Source: the human T2T-CHM13v2.0 reference genome, Homo sapiens. From it: DNA of 64,000 nt. Below the pieces are notes generated by a model, which searched no databases, had not been told where the DNA came from, and was given only the letters and a program-made list of their open reading frames with translations. The translations under genes and the position numbers were made by a program. Shown here piece by piece: positions 1 through 13,400 of the stretch; the first letter of the stretch is position 1, and every line of letters starts with the position of its first letter. Where the stretch lies: the NCBI RefSeq assembly GCF_009914755.1, contig NC_060933.1; one strand, written 5' to 3'.

Positions 1-359
1 TCCGGAATGGAATGGAATGGAATGGAGTGGAATCAACACGAGTGTAATAGAATGGAGTGGAATGGAATGGAATGGAATGGAACAACCCTAATGGAATGGA
101 ATGTAATGGAGAGTAAGGGAGTTGAATAGAATCATTCCGAATGAAATGGAATGGAATGGAACGGAATGGAATTGAATGGAATGGAATGGAATGCAATGGA
201 ATGGAATCATCCCGAGTGCAATGGAATGGATAGGAATGGAATGGAATGGAATGGAAACTAACCGAATGGAATGGAATGTAATGGAGTGTAAGGGAATTGA
301 GTAGAATCAATCCGAATGGAATGGAATGGAATGGAATGGAATGGAATGGAATGGAATGG

Positions 360-389
360 AATCAACCCGAGTGCAATCGAATGGAATCG
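360..389 (+). repeat. Representative AATCAACCCGAGTGCAATCGAATGGAATCG motif (start of module B; chr9-type Sat III-like)
   Basis: Recurs many times on both arms (e.g. ~4997, ~7563, ~15570, ~16488, ~22677; reverse complement ~33620, ~34577, ~40747). From memory it resembles the pHuR98-derived sequence used to detect chr9 Sat III transcripts. Not verified by a search. Confidence 0.6.
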
Positions 390-1635
390 AATGGAATGCA
401 ATGCAATGGAATGGATTCAAATTGAATGGAATGGAAAGAATGGAATCAACACGAGTGGAATGGCACGGATTGGAATGGAATGGAATGGAATCAACCCGAG
501 TACAGGGGAATGGAATGGAATGGAATGCAATGGAATGGAACCAAACCGAGTACAATGGAATGGAATGGAATGGAATGGAATGGAATGGAATGGAATGGAA
601 TGATACGGAACAGAATGGAATGGAACGAAATGGAATGGAAGGGAATGGAATGGAATGGAATGGAATGGAATCGTTCCTAGTGGAATAGGAGGGAATGTAT
701 TCGAGTGGAATGGAAAGGAATGGAATCAACCAGAGTGGAATGGAAGGGAATGGAATGGAATGGAAACTAATAGAATGGAATGAACCCGAGTGGAATGGAA
801 TGGAAAGGACTGGAATGGAATGGAATGGAATGGAATCAACTCGATTGTAATGGAATGGAATGGAATGGAATGGAATGGAATGGAATTAACCCGAATACAA
901 TGGAATGGAATGGAATGGAGTGGAACGGAATGGAATCAACCCGAGTGCAGGGGAATGGAATGGAAAGGAATGCAATGGAATGGAATCATCCGGAATGGAA
1001 TGGAATGGAATGGAATGCAAAGCAATGGAATCAACTCGATTGCAATGGAATGGAATGGAATGGAACGGAATACATTGGAAACAACCCGAGTGGAATGGAA
1101 TGGAAAGGACTGGAATGGAGTGGAATGGAATGGAATGCAATTGAATGGAATGGAATGGAATGGAATCAACCCGACTGCAGGGGATTTGAATGGAATGGAA
1201 TGCAATGGAATGGATTCAACTTGAATGGAATGGAAAGAATGGAATGAACACGAGTGGAATGGCATGGATTGTCATGGAATGGAATGGAATCAACCCTAGT
1301 ACAGGGGAATGGAATGGAATGGAATGCAATGGAATGGAATCATCCGTAATGGAATGGAAAGGAATGGAATGGAATGGAATGGAATGGAATGGAATGGAAT
1401 GGAATCAACTCGATTGCAATCGAATGGAATGGAATGGAATTAACCCGAATAGAATGGAATGGAATGGAATGGAACGGAACGGAACGGAAAGGAATGGAAT
1501 GGAATGGAATGGAATGGAATGGAATGCAACGGAAAGGAATGGAATGGAATGGAATGGAATGGAATGGAATGGAATGGAATGGAATGGAATCAACGCGAGT
1601 GCAGGGGAATGGAATGGAATGGAATGCAATGGAAT

Positions 1636-1650
1636 GGAATCTTCCGGAAT
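1636..1650 (+). promoter_or_regulatory. Perfect three-unit heat shock element (nGAAn-nTTCn-nGAAn), representative of about 20 left-arm copies
   Basis: gGAAt-cTTCc-gGAAt. Other copies at 4770, 5428, 7147, 8101, 8954, 9723, 10516, 15169, 16067, 16955, 22061, 22456, 23119, 24881, 24991, 25705, 26592, 28261, 28701, 29745, 30440 and 32728. The consensus match is directly visible; HSF1 binding at these sites is inferred. Confidence 0.65.
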
Positions 1651-2403
1651 GGAATGGAATTGAATGGAATGGAATAGAATGGAATGGAATCAACCCGAGT
1701 GCAATGGAATGCAGTGGAATGGAATGGAATGGAATGGAACAACACGAATGGAATGGAATGTAATGGAGACTAAGGGAGTTGAATAGAATCAATCCGAATG
1801 TAATGGAATGGAAAGGAACGGAATGGAATTGAATGGAATGGAATGGGATGCAATGGAATGGAATCGACCCGAGTGCAATCGATTGGAATCGAATGGAATG
1901 GAATGCAATGGAAAGTATTCAACTTGAATGGAATGGAAAGAATGGAATCAACACGAGTGGAAGGGCATGGATTCGAATACAATGGAATGGAATCAACCCG
2001 AGTACAGGGGAATGGAATGGTATGGAATGCAATGGAATGGAATCATCCGTAATGTAATGGAAAGGAATGGAATGGAATGGAATGGAATGGAATGGAATGG
2101 AATGGAATCAACAAGATTGCAATCGAATGGAATGGAATGGAATTAATCCGAATAGAATGGAATGGAATGGAATGGAACGGAACGGAACGGAATGGAATGC
2201 AAAGGAATGGAATGGAATGGAATGGAATAGAATGCAATGGAATGGAATCAACCCGACTACAATGGAATGGAATGGAATGGAATGGAATGGAATGGAATGG
2301 AATGGAACGGAATGATACGGAATAGAATGGAATGGAACGAAATGGAATAGAATGGAATGGAATGGAATGGAATGGAATGGAATGGAATGGAATGGAATGG
2401 AAT

Positions 2404-2443
2404 GGAATCGTTCCGAGTGGAATAGGAGGGAATGTATTCGAGT
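2404..2443 (+). repeat. Representative module C core (GGAATCGTTCCGAGTGGAATAGGAGGGAATGTATTCGAGT)
   Basis: Copies near 670, 2404, 6023, 11245, 11909, 12748, 17155, 18578, 20012, 29455 and 31189 (+), and near 33215, 46858, 51998, 53811, 58780, 60588 and 61567 (-). Always followed by CAACCAGAGT...AAACTAATAGAAT or a close variant. Confidence 0.85.
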
Positions 2444-5400
2444 GGAATGGAAAGGAATGGAATCAACCAGAGTGGAATGGAAGGGAATGGAATGGAATGG
2501 AAACTAATAGAATGGAATCAACCCGAGTGGAATGGAATGGAACGGACTGGAATGGAATGGAATGGAATGGAATCAACTCGATTGTAATGGAATGGAATGG
2601 AATGGAATGGAATGGAATGGAATTAACCCGAATACAATGGAATGGAATGGAATGGAATGGAATGGAATGGAGTGGAAAGGAATGGAATCAACCCGAGTGC
2701 AGGGGAATGGAATGGAATGGAATGCAATGGAATGGAATCATCCGGAATGGAATGGAATGGAATGGAATGCAAAGCAATGGAATCAACTCGATTGCAATGG
2801 AATGGAATGGAATGGAAAGGAATACATTGGAATCAACCCGAGTGGAATGGAATGGAAAGGACTGGAATGGAGTGGAACGGAATGGAATGGAATGGAATGG
2901 ATTGGAATGGAATGGAATCAACTTGATTGGAATGGAATGGAATGGAATGGAATGGAATGGAATAGAATGGAATGGAATCAACCCGACTGCAGGGGAATGG
3001 AATGGAATGGAATGCAATAGAATGGATTCAACTTGAATGGAATGGAAAGAACGGAATCAACACGAGTGGAATGGCATGGATTGGAATGGAATGGAATGGA
3101 ATCAACCCGAGTACAGGGGAATGGAATGGAATGGAATGCAATGGAATGGAATCATCCGTAATGGAATGGAAAGGAATGGAATGGAATGGAATGGAATGGA
3201 ATGGAATGGAATGGAATGGAATGGAATCACCTCGATTGCAATCGAATGGAATGGAATGGAATTAACCCGAATAGAATGGAATGGAATGGAACGGAACGGA
3301 ACGGAACGGAATGGAATGGAATGGAATGGAATGGAATGGAATCAACCCGAGTGCAATGGAATGGAGTGAAATGGAATGGAATGGAAAGGAGACAACCAGA
3401 ATGGATTGGAATATAATGGAGTGGAAGGGAATTGAATAGAATAAATCTGAATGTATTGAAATGGAATGGAACGGAATGGAATGGAATGGAATGGAATCGA
3501 ATGGAATGGAATGCAATGGAATGGATTCAACTTGAATGGAATGGAAAGAATGGAATCAACAAGAGTGGAATGGCATGGATTGGAATGGAATGGAATGGAA
3601 TCAACCGGAGTATAGGGGAATGGAATGGAATGGAATGCAATGGAATGGAATCATCCGTAATGGAATGGAATGGAATGAAATGGAATGGAATGGAATGGAA
3701 TGGAATCAACTCGATTGCAATCGAATGGAATGGAATGGAATTAACCCGAATAGAATGGAATGGAATGCAATGGAACGGAACGGAATGGAATGGAATGGAA
3801 TGGAATGGAATGGAATGGAATGGAACGGAATGGAAGGGAATGGAATGGAATGGAATGGAATGGAATGGAATGGAATCAACGCGAGTGCAGGGGAATGGAA
3901 TGGAATGGAATGCAATGGAATGGAATCTTACGGAATGGAATGGAATGGAATGGAATGGAATGGAATGGAATGGAATGGAATCAACCCGAGTGCAATGGAA
4001 TGGAGTGGAATGGAATGGAATGGAATGGAACAAATCGAATGGAATGGAATGTAATGGAGAGTAAGGGAGTTGAATAGAATCAATCCGAATGTAATGGAAT
4101 CGAATGGAACGGAATGGATTTGAATGGAATGGAATGGAATGCAATGGAATGGAATCAACCCGAGTGCAATGGAATGGAGAGGAATGGAATGGAATGGAAT
4201 GGTAACTACCCGAATGGAATGGAATGTAATGGAGTGTAAAGGAATTGAATAGAATCAATCCGAATGTAATGGAATGGAATGGAACGGAATGGAATGGAAT
4301 GGAATGGAATGCAATGGAATGGAATCAACCCGAGTGCAATCGAATGGAATCCAATGGAATGGAATGAAATGGAATGGATTCAACTTGAATGGAATGGAAA
4401 GAATGGAATCAACACGAGTGGAATGGCATGGATTGGAATGGAATGGAATGGAATCAACCCGAGTACAGGGGAATGGAATGGAATGGAATGCAATGGAATG
4501 GAATCATCCGTAATGGAATGGAAAGGAATGGAATGGAATGGAATGGAATGGAATGGAATTGAATGAAATGGAATGCAATCAACTCGATTGCAATCGAATG
4601 GAATGGAAGGGAATTAACCCGAATAGAATGGAATGGAATGGAATGGAACGGAACGGAACGGAACGGAACGGAACGGAACGGAATGGAATGGAATGGAATG
4701 GAATGGAATGGAATGGAATGGAATCAACGCGAGTGCAGGGGAATGGAATGGAATGGAATGCAATGGAATGGAATCTTCCGGAATGGAATGGAATGGAATG
4801 GAATGGAATGGAATGGAATCAACCCGAGTGCAATGGAATGGAGTGGAATGGAATGGAATGGAATGGAACAACCCGAATGGAATGGAATGTAACGGAGTGT
4901 AAGGGAATTGAATAGAATCAATCCGAATGTAAAGGAATGGAATGGAACGGAATGGAATGGAATGGAATGGAATGGAATGGAATGCAATGTAATGGAATCA
5001 ACCCGAGTGCAATCGAATGGAATCGAATGGAATGGAATGCAATGGAATGGATTCAACTTGAATGGAATGGAAAGAATGGAATCAACACGAGTGGAATGTC
5101 ATGGATTGGAATGGAATGGAATGGAATCAACCTGAGTACAGGGGAATGGAATGGAATGGAATGCAATGGAATGGAATCATCCGTAATGGAATGGAAAGGA
5201 ATGGAATGGAATGGAATGTAATGGAATGGAATGGAATGGAATCAACTCGATTGCAATCGAATGAAATGGAATGGAATTAACCCGAATAGAATGGAATGGA
5301 ATGGAATCGAACGGAAGGGAAAGGAATGGAATGGAATGGAATGGAATGGAACAGAATGGAATGGAATGGAATGGAATGGAATCAACGCGAGTGCAGGGGA

Positions 5401-7250
5401 ATGGAATGGAATGGAATGCAATGGAATGGAATCTTCCGGAATGGAATGGAATGGAATGGAATGGAACGGAATGAAATGCAATGGATTCAACTCGATTGCA
5501 ATGGAATGGAATGGAATGGAATGGAATTAATCCGAATAGAATGGAATGGAATGGAATGGAACGGAATGTAACGGAATGGAATGGAACGGAATGGAATGGA
5601 ATGGTATGGAATGGAATGGAATGGTACGGAATAGAATGGAATGGAACGAATTGTAACGGAATGGAATTGAATGGAATTGAATGGAATGGAATGGAATCAA
5701 CACGAGTGCAGGGGAATGTAATGGAACGGAATGCAATGGAATGGAATCATCCGGAATGGAATGGAATGGAATGGAATGCAATGCAATGGAATGGAATCAA
5801 CCCGAGTACAATGGAATGGAATGGAATGGAATGGAATGGAATGGAATGGAATGCCTACAAACCGAATGGAATGGAAAGGAATGGAATCAACACGAATGGA
5901 ATGGAATGGAATGGAATGGAATGGAATGGAATGGAATGATACGGAATAGAATGGAATGGAACGAAATGGAATGGAATGGAATGGAATGGAATGGAATGGA
6001 ATGGAATGGAATGGAATGGAATGGAATCGTTCCGAGTGGAATAGGAGGGAATGTATTCGAGTGGAATGGAAAGGAATGGAATCAACCAGAGTGGAATGGA
6101 AGGGAATGGAATGGAATGGAAACTAATAGAATGGAATCAACCCGAGTGGAATGGAATGGAAAGGACTGGCATGGAATGGAATGGAATGGAATCAACTCGA
6201 TTGTAATGGAATGGAATGGAATGGAATGGAATGGAATGGAATGGAATGGAATTAACCCGAATACAATGCAATGGAATGGAATGGAACGGAATGGAGTGGA
6301 ATGGAATGGAATCAACCCGAGTGCAGGGGAATGGAATGGAATGGAATGCAATGGAATGGAATCATCCGGAATGGAATGGAATGGAATGGAATGCAAAGCA
6401 ATGGAATCAACTCGATTGCAATGGAATGGAATGGAATGGAAAGGAATACATTGGAATCAACCCGAGTGGAATGGAATGGAAAGGACTGGAATGGAGTGGA
6501 ATGGAATGGAATGGAATGGAATGGAATCAACTCGATTGGAATGGAATGGAATGGAATGGAATGGAATGGAATGGAATTAAACCGAATAGAATGGAATGGA
6601 ATGGAATGGAACGGAATGGAACGGAATGGAATGGAATTGAATGGAATGGAATGGAATGGAATGGAAACAACCCGACAGCAGGGGAATGGAATGGAATGGA
6701 ATGGAAACAACCCGACTGCAGGGGAATGCAATGGAATGGAATGCAAAGGAATGGATTCAACTTGAATGAAATGGAAAGAATGGAATCAACACTAGTGGAA
6801 TGGCATGGATTGGAATGGAATGGAATGGAATCAACCCGAGTACAGCGGAATTGAATGGAATGGAATGCAATGGAATGGAATTATCCGTAATGGAATGGAA
6901 AGGAATGGAATGGAATGGAATGGAATGGAATGGAATCAACTCGATTGCAATCGAACGGAATGGAATGGAATTAACCCGAATAGAATGGAATGGAATGGAA
7001 TGGAATGGAACGGAACGGAATGGAATGGATTGGAATGGAATGGAATGGAATGGAATGGAACGGAAAGGAATGGAATGGAATGGAATGGAATGGAATGGAA
7101 TCAACGCGAGTGCAGGGGAATGGAATGGAATGGAATGCAATGGAATGGAATCTTCCGGAATGGAATGGAATGGAATGGAATGGAATGGAATGGAATGGAA
7201 TAAACCCGAGTGCAATGGAATGGAGTGAAATGGAATAGAATGGAATGGAA

Positions 7251-7495
7251 CAACCCGAATGGAATGGAATGTAATGGAGAGTAAGGGAGTTGAATAGAAT
7301 CAATCCGAATGTAATGGAATGGAATGGAACGGAATGGAATTGAATGGAATGGAATGGAATGGAATGGAATGGAATGGAATCAACCCGAGTTCAATGGAAT
7401 GGAGAGAAATGGAATGGAATGGAATGGAAACTACCCGAATGGAATGGAATGTAATGGAGTCTAAGGGAATTGAATAGAATCAATCCGAATGTAAT
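7251..7495 (+). repeat. Representative paired module A (A1 GAGAGTAAGGGAGTTGAATAGAATCAATCC; A2 GAGTGTAAGGGAATTGAATAGAATCAATCC)
   Basis: Two paralogous sub-units about 170-180 bp apart, seen repeatedly (e.g. ~110/285, ~4058/4232, ~8225/8395, ~13866/14041, ~16206/16381; reverse complement ~45540/45715, ~50685/50860, ~62890/63065). Confidence 0.85.
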
Positions 7496-10400
7496 GGAAT
7501 GGAATGGAACGGAATGGAATGGAATGGAATGGAATGGAATGGAATGGAATGCAGTGGAATGGAATCAACCCGAGTGCAATCGAATGGAATCGAATGGAAT
7601 GGAATGCAATGGAATGGATTCAACTTGAATGGAATGGAAAGAATGGAATCAACACGAGTGGAATGGCATGGATTGGAATGTAATGGAATGGAATCAACCC
7701 GAGTACAGCGGAATGGAATGGAATGGAATGCAATGGAATGGAATCATCCGTAATGGAATGGAAAGGAATGGAATGGAATGGAATGGAATGGCATGGAATC
7801 AACTCGATTGCAATCGAATGGAATGGAGTGGAATTAACCCGAATAGAATGGAATGGAATGGAATGGAACGGAACGGAACGGAATGGAATGGAATGGAATG
7901 GAATGGAATGGAACGGAAAGGAAGGGAATGGAATGGAATAGAATGGAATGGAATGGAATCAACGCGAGTGCAGGAGAATGGAATGGAATGGAATGCAATG
8001 GAATGGAATCTTCCGCAAATGGAATGGAATGGAATGGAATGGAATGGAATCAACGCGAGTGCAGGAGAATGGAATGGAATGGAATGGAATGCAATGGAAT
8101 GGAATCTTCCGGAATGGAATGGAATGGAATGGAATGGAATTGAATGGAATCAACCCGATTGCAATGGAATGGAGTGGAATGGAATGGAATGGAATGGAAC
8201 AACCCGAATGGAATGGAATGTAATGGAGAGTAAGGGAGTTGAATAGAATCAATCCGAATGTAATGGAATGGAATGGAACGGAATGGAATTGAATGGAATG
8301 GAATGAAATGCAATGGAATGGAATCAACCCGAGTGCAATGGAATGGAGAGGAATGGAATGGAATGCAATGGAAACTACCCGAATGGAATGTAATGGAGTG
8401 TAAGGGAATTGAATAGAATCAATCCGAAAGTAATGGAATGGAATGCAACGGAATGGAGTGGAATGGAATGGAATGGAATGGAATGGAATGCAATGGAATG
8501 GAATCACCCCCAGTGCAATCAAATGGAATCGAATGGAATGGAATGCAATGGAATGGATTCAACTTGAATGGAATGGAAAGAATGGAATCAACACGAGTGG
8601 AATGGCATGGATTGGAATGGAATGGAATGGAATCAACCCGAGTACAGGGGAATGGAATGGAATGGAATGCAATGGAATGGAATCAACCGTAATGGAATGG
8701 AAAGGAATGGAATGGAATGGAATGGAATGGAATGGAGTGGAATGGAATGGAATGGAATCAAATCGATTGCAATCGAATGGAATGGAATGGAATTAACCCG
8801 AATAGAATGGAATGGAATGGAATGGAACGGAACGGAATGGAATGGAATGGAATGGAATGGAATGGAATGGAATGGAACGCAACGGAATGGAATGGAATGG
8901 AATGGAATCAACGCGAGTGCAGGGGAATGGAATGGAATGGAATGCAATGGAATGGAATCTTCCGGAATGGAATGGAATGGAATGGAATGGAATGAAATGC
9001 AATGGAGTCAACTCGATTGCAATGGAATGGAATAGAATGGAATGGAATGGAATGGAATGGAATTAATCCGAATAGAATGGAATGGAATGCAATGGAACGG
9101 AATGGAACGGAATGGAATGGAATGGAATGGAATGGAATTGTATGGAATGGAATGGAATGGTACGGAATAGAATGGAATGGAACGAATTGAAATGGAATGG
9201 AATTGAATGGAATGGAATGGAATGCAATGGAATCAACGCGAGTGCAGGGGAATGTAATGGAAAGGAATGCAATGGAATGGAATCATCCGGAATGGAATGG
9301 AATGGAATGGAATGGAATGGAATCAACCCGAGTGCAATGCAATGGAGTGGAATGGAATGGAATGGAATGGAACAACCAGAATGGAATGGAATGTAATGGA
9401 GAGTAAGGGAGTTGAATAGAATCAATCCGAAAGTAATGGAATGGAATGGAACGGAATGGAATGGAATGGAATGGAATGGAATGGAATGGAATGGAATCAA
9501 CTCGATTGCAATCGAACGGAATGGAATGGAATTAACCCGAATAGAATGGAATGGAATGGAATGGAACGGAACGGAACGGAATGGAATGGATTGGAATGGA
9601 ATGGAATGGAATGGAATGGAACGGAAAGGAATGGAATGGAATGGAATGGAATGGAATGGAATGGAATGGAATGGAATCAACGCGAGTGCAGGGGAATGGA
9701 ATGGAATGGAATGCAATGGAATGGAATCTTCCGGAATGGAATGGAATGGAATGGAATGGAATGGAATGGAATGGAATAAACCCGAGTGCATGGGAATGGA
9801 ATGGAATGGAATGCAATGGAATGGAATCAACCCGAGTGCAATGGAATGGAGTGGAATGGAATGGAATGGAATGGAACAACCCGAATGGAATGGAATGTAA
9901 TGGAGAGTAAGGGAGTTGAATAGAATCAATCCGAATGTAATGGAATGGAATGGAAAGGAATGGAATTGAATGGAATGGAATGGACTGCAATGGAATGGAA
10001 TCAACCCGAGTGTAATGGAATGGAGAGGAATGGAATGGAATGCAATGGAAACTACCCAAATGGAATGTAATGGAGTGTAAGGGAATTGAATAGAATCAAT
10101 CCGAATGTAATGGAATGGAATGGAACGGAATGGAATGGAATGGAATGGAATGGAATGGAATGCAATGGAATGGAATCAACCCGAGTGCAGGGGAATGTAA
10201 TGGAACGGAATGCAATGGAATGGAATCATCCGGAATGGAATGGAATGGAATGGAATGGAATCAACCCGAGTGCAATGGAATGGAGTGGAATGGAATGGAA
10301 TGGAATGGAACAACCCGAATAGAATGGAATTTAATGGAGAGTAAGGGAGTTGAAAAGAATCAATCCGAATGTAATGGAATGGAATGGAACGGAATGGAAT

Positions 10401-13400
10401 GGAATGGAATGGAATGGAATGGAATGCAATGGAATGGAATAAACCCGAGTACAATGGAATGGAATGGAATGGAATGGAATGGAATGGAATGGAATGGAAT
10501 GGAATGCAATGGAATGGAATCTTCCGGAATGGAATGGAATGGAATGGAATGGAATCCAATGGATTCAAATCGATTGCAATGGAATGGAATAGAATGGAAT
10601 GGAATGGAATGGAATTAAACCGAATAGAATGGAATGGAATGGAATGGAACGGAATGGACCGGAACGGAACGGAACGGACTGGAATGGAATGGAATGGAAT
10701 TGTATGCAATGGAATGGAATGGTACGGAATAGAATGGAATGGAAAGAATTGGAATGGAATGGAATCGAATGGAATGGAATGGAATGGAATGGAATCAACC
10801 CGAGTGCAGGGGAATGTAATGGAACGGAATGCAATGGAATGGAATCATCCGGAATGGAATGGAATGGAATGGAATGGAATGGAATGGAATGGAATCAATC
10901 CGAGTGCAATGGAATGGAGTGGAATGGAATGGAATGGAATGGAACAACCCGAATGGAATGGAATGTAATGGAGAGTAAGGGAGTTGAAGAGAATCAATCC
11001 GAATGAAATGGAATGGAATGCAACGGAATGGAATGGAATGGAATGGAATGGAATGGACTGGAATGGAATGGAATGGAATGGAATGGAATGCCTTCAAACC
11101 GAATGGAATGGAAAGGAATGAAATCAACACGAGTGGAATGGAATGGAATGGAATGGAATGGAATGATATGGAATAGAATGGAATGGAACGAAATGGAATG
11201 GAATGGAATGGAATGGAATGGAATGGAATGGAATGGAATGGAATGGAATCGTTCCGAGTAGAATAGGAGGGAATGTATTCGAGTGGAATGGAAAGGAATG
11301 GAATCAACCAGAGTGGAATGGAAGGGAATGGAATGGAATGGAAACTAATAGAATGGAATCAACCCGAGTGGAATGGAATGGAAAGGACTGGAATGGAAAG
11401 GAATGGAATTGAATGGAATGGAATGGAATGGAATGGAATCAACGCGAGTGCAGGGGAATGGAATGGAATGGAATGGAATGGAATGGAATGGAATTTAATC
11501 AACCCGAGTGCAGGGGAATGTAATGGAACGGAATGCAATGGAATGGAATCATCCGGAATGGAATGCAATGGAATGGAATGGAATCAACCCGAGTGCCATG
11601 GAATGGAGTGGAATGGAATGGAATTGAATGGAACAATCCGAATGGAATGGAATGTAATGGAGAGTAAGGGAGTTGAAAAGAATCAATCCGAATGTAATGG
11701 AATGGAACGGAATGGAATGGAATGGAATGGAATGGAATGGAATGGAATGGAATGGAATGCAATGGAATGGAATCAACCCGAGTACAATGGAATGGAATGG
11801 AATGGAATGGAATGGAATGGAATGGAATGGAATGGAATGGAATGATACGGAATAGAATGGAATGGAACGAAATGGAATGGAATGGAATGGAATGGAATGG
11901 AATGGAATGGAATCGTTCCGAGTGGAATAGGAGGGAATGTATTCGAGTGGAATGGAAAGGAATGGAATCAACCAGAGTGGAATGGAAGGCAATGGAATGG
12001 AATGGAAACTAATAGAATGGAATCAACCCGAGTGGAATGGAATGGAAAGGACTGGAATGGAATGGAATGGAATGGAATGGAATGGAATCAACTCGATTGT
12101 AATGGAATGGAATGGAATGGAATGGAATGGAATGGAATGGAATGGAATCAATCCGAGTGCAATGGAATGGAGTGGAATGGAATGGAATGGAATGGAACAA
12201 CCTGAATGGAATGGAATGGAATGGAGAGTAAGGGAGTTGAATAGAATCAATCCGAATGTAACGGAATTGAATGGAAAGGAATGGAATTGAATGGAATGGA
12301 ATGGAATGCAATGGAATGGAATCAACCCGAGTGCAATGGAATGGAGAGGAATGGAATGGAATGGAATGGAAACTACCCGAATGGAATGGAATGTAATGGA
12401 GTGTAAGGGAATTGAATAGAATCAATCCGAATGTAATGGAATGGAATGCAACGGAATGGCATGGAATGGAATGGAATGGAATGGAATGGAATGGAATGGA
12501 ATGGAATGGAATGGAATGCAATGGAATGGAATCAACCCGAGTACAATGGAATGGAATGGAATGGAATGGAATGGAATGGAATGGAATGGAATGCCTTCAA
12601 ACCGAATGGAATGGAAAGGAATGGAATCAACACGAGCGGAATGGAATGGAATGGAATGGAACGGAATGGAATGGAATGATACGGAATAGAATGGAATGGA
12701 ACGAAATGGAATGGAATGGAATGGAATGGAATGGAATGGAATGGAATGGAATCGTTCCGAGTGGAATAGGAGGGAATGTATTCGAGTGGAATGGAAAGGA
12801 ATGGAATCAACCAGAGTGGAATGGAAGGGAATGGAATGGAATGGAAACTAATAGAATGGAATCAACCCGAGTGGAATGGAATGGAAAGGACTGGAATGGA
12901 ATGGAATGGAATGGAATGGAATGGAATCAACTCGATTGTAATGGAATGGAATGGAATGGAATGGAATGGAATGGAATGGAATGGAATTAACCCGAATACA
13001 ATGGAATGGAATGGAATGGAACGGAATGGAGTGGAATGGAATGGAATCAACCCGAGTACAGGGGAATGGAATGGAATAGAATGCAATGGAATGGAATCAT
13101 CCGGAATGGAATGGAATGGAATGGAATGCAAAGCAATGGAATCAACTCGATTGCAATGGAATGGAATGGAATGGAAAGGAATACATTGGAATCAACCCGA
13201 GTGGAATGGAATGGAAAGGACTGGAATGGAGTGGAATGGAATGGAATGGAATGGAATGGAATCAACTCGATTGGAATGGAATGGAATGGAATGGAATGGA
13301 ATGGAATTAACCCGAATACAATGGAATGGAATGGAATGGAACGGAACGGAACGGAATGGAATGGAATGGAATGGAATGGAATGGAATGGAATGGAATCAA

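Noticed and set aside
945-960. G-quadruplex potential at CAGGGGAAT
   Set aside because: G3+ tracts are isolated and far apart, so there is no canonical four-tract motif.
2424-2434. AGGAGG followed by ATG, resembling a Shine-Dalgarno site
   Set aside because: It is an in-phase degenerate pentamer (AGGAG GGAAT) in eukaryotic satellite, the spacing to ATG is too short, and no gene follows.
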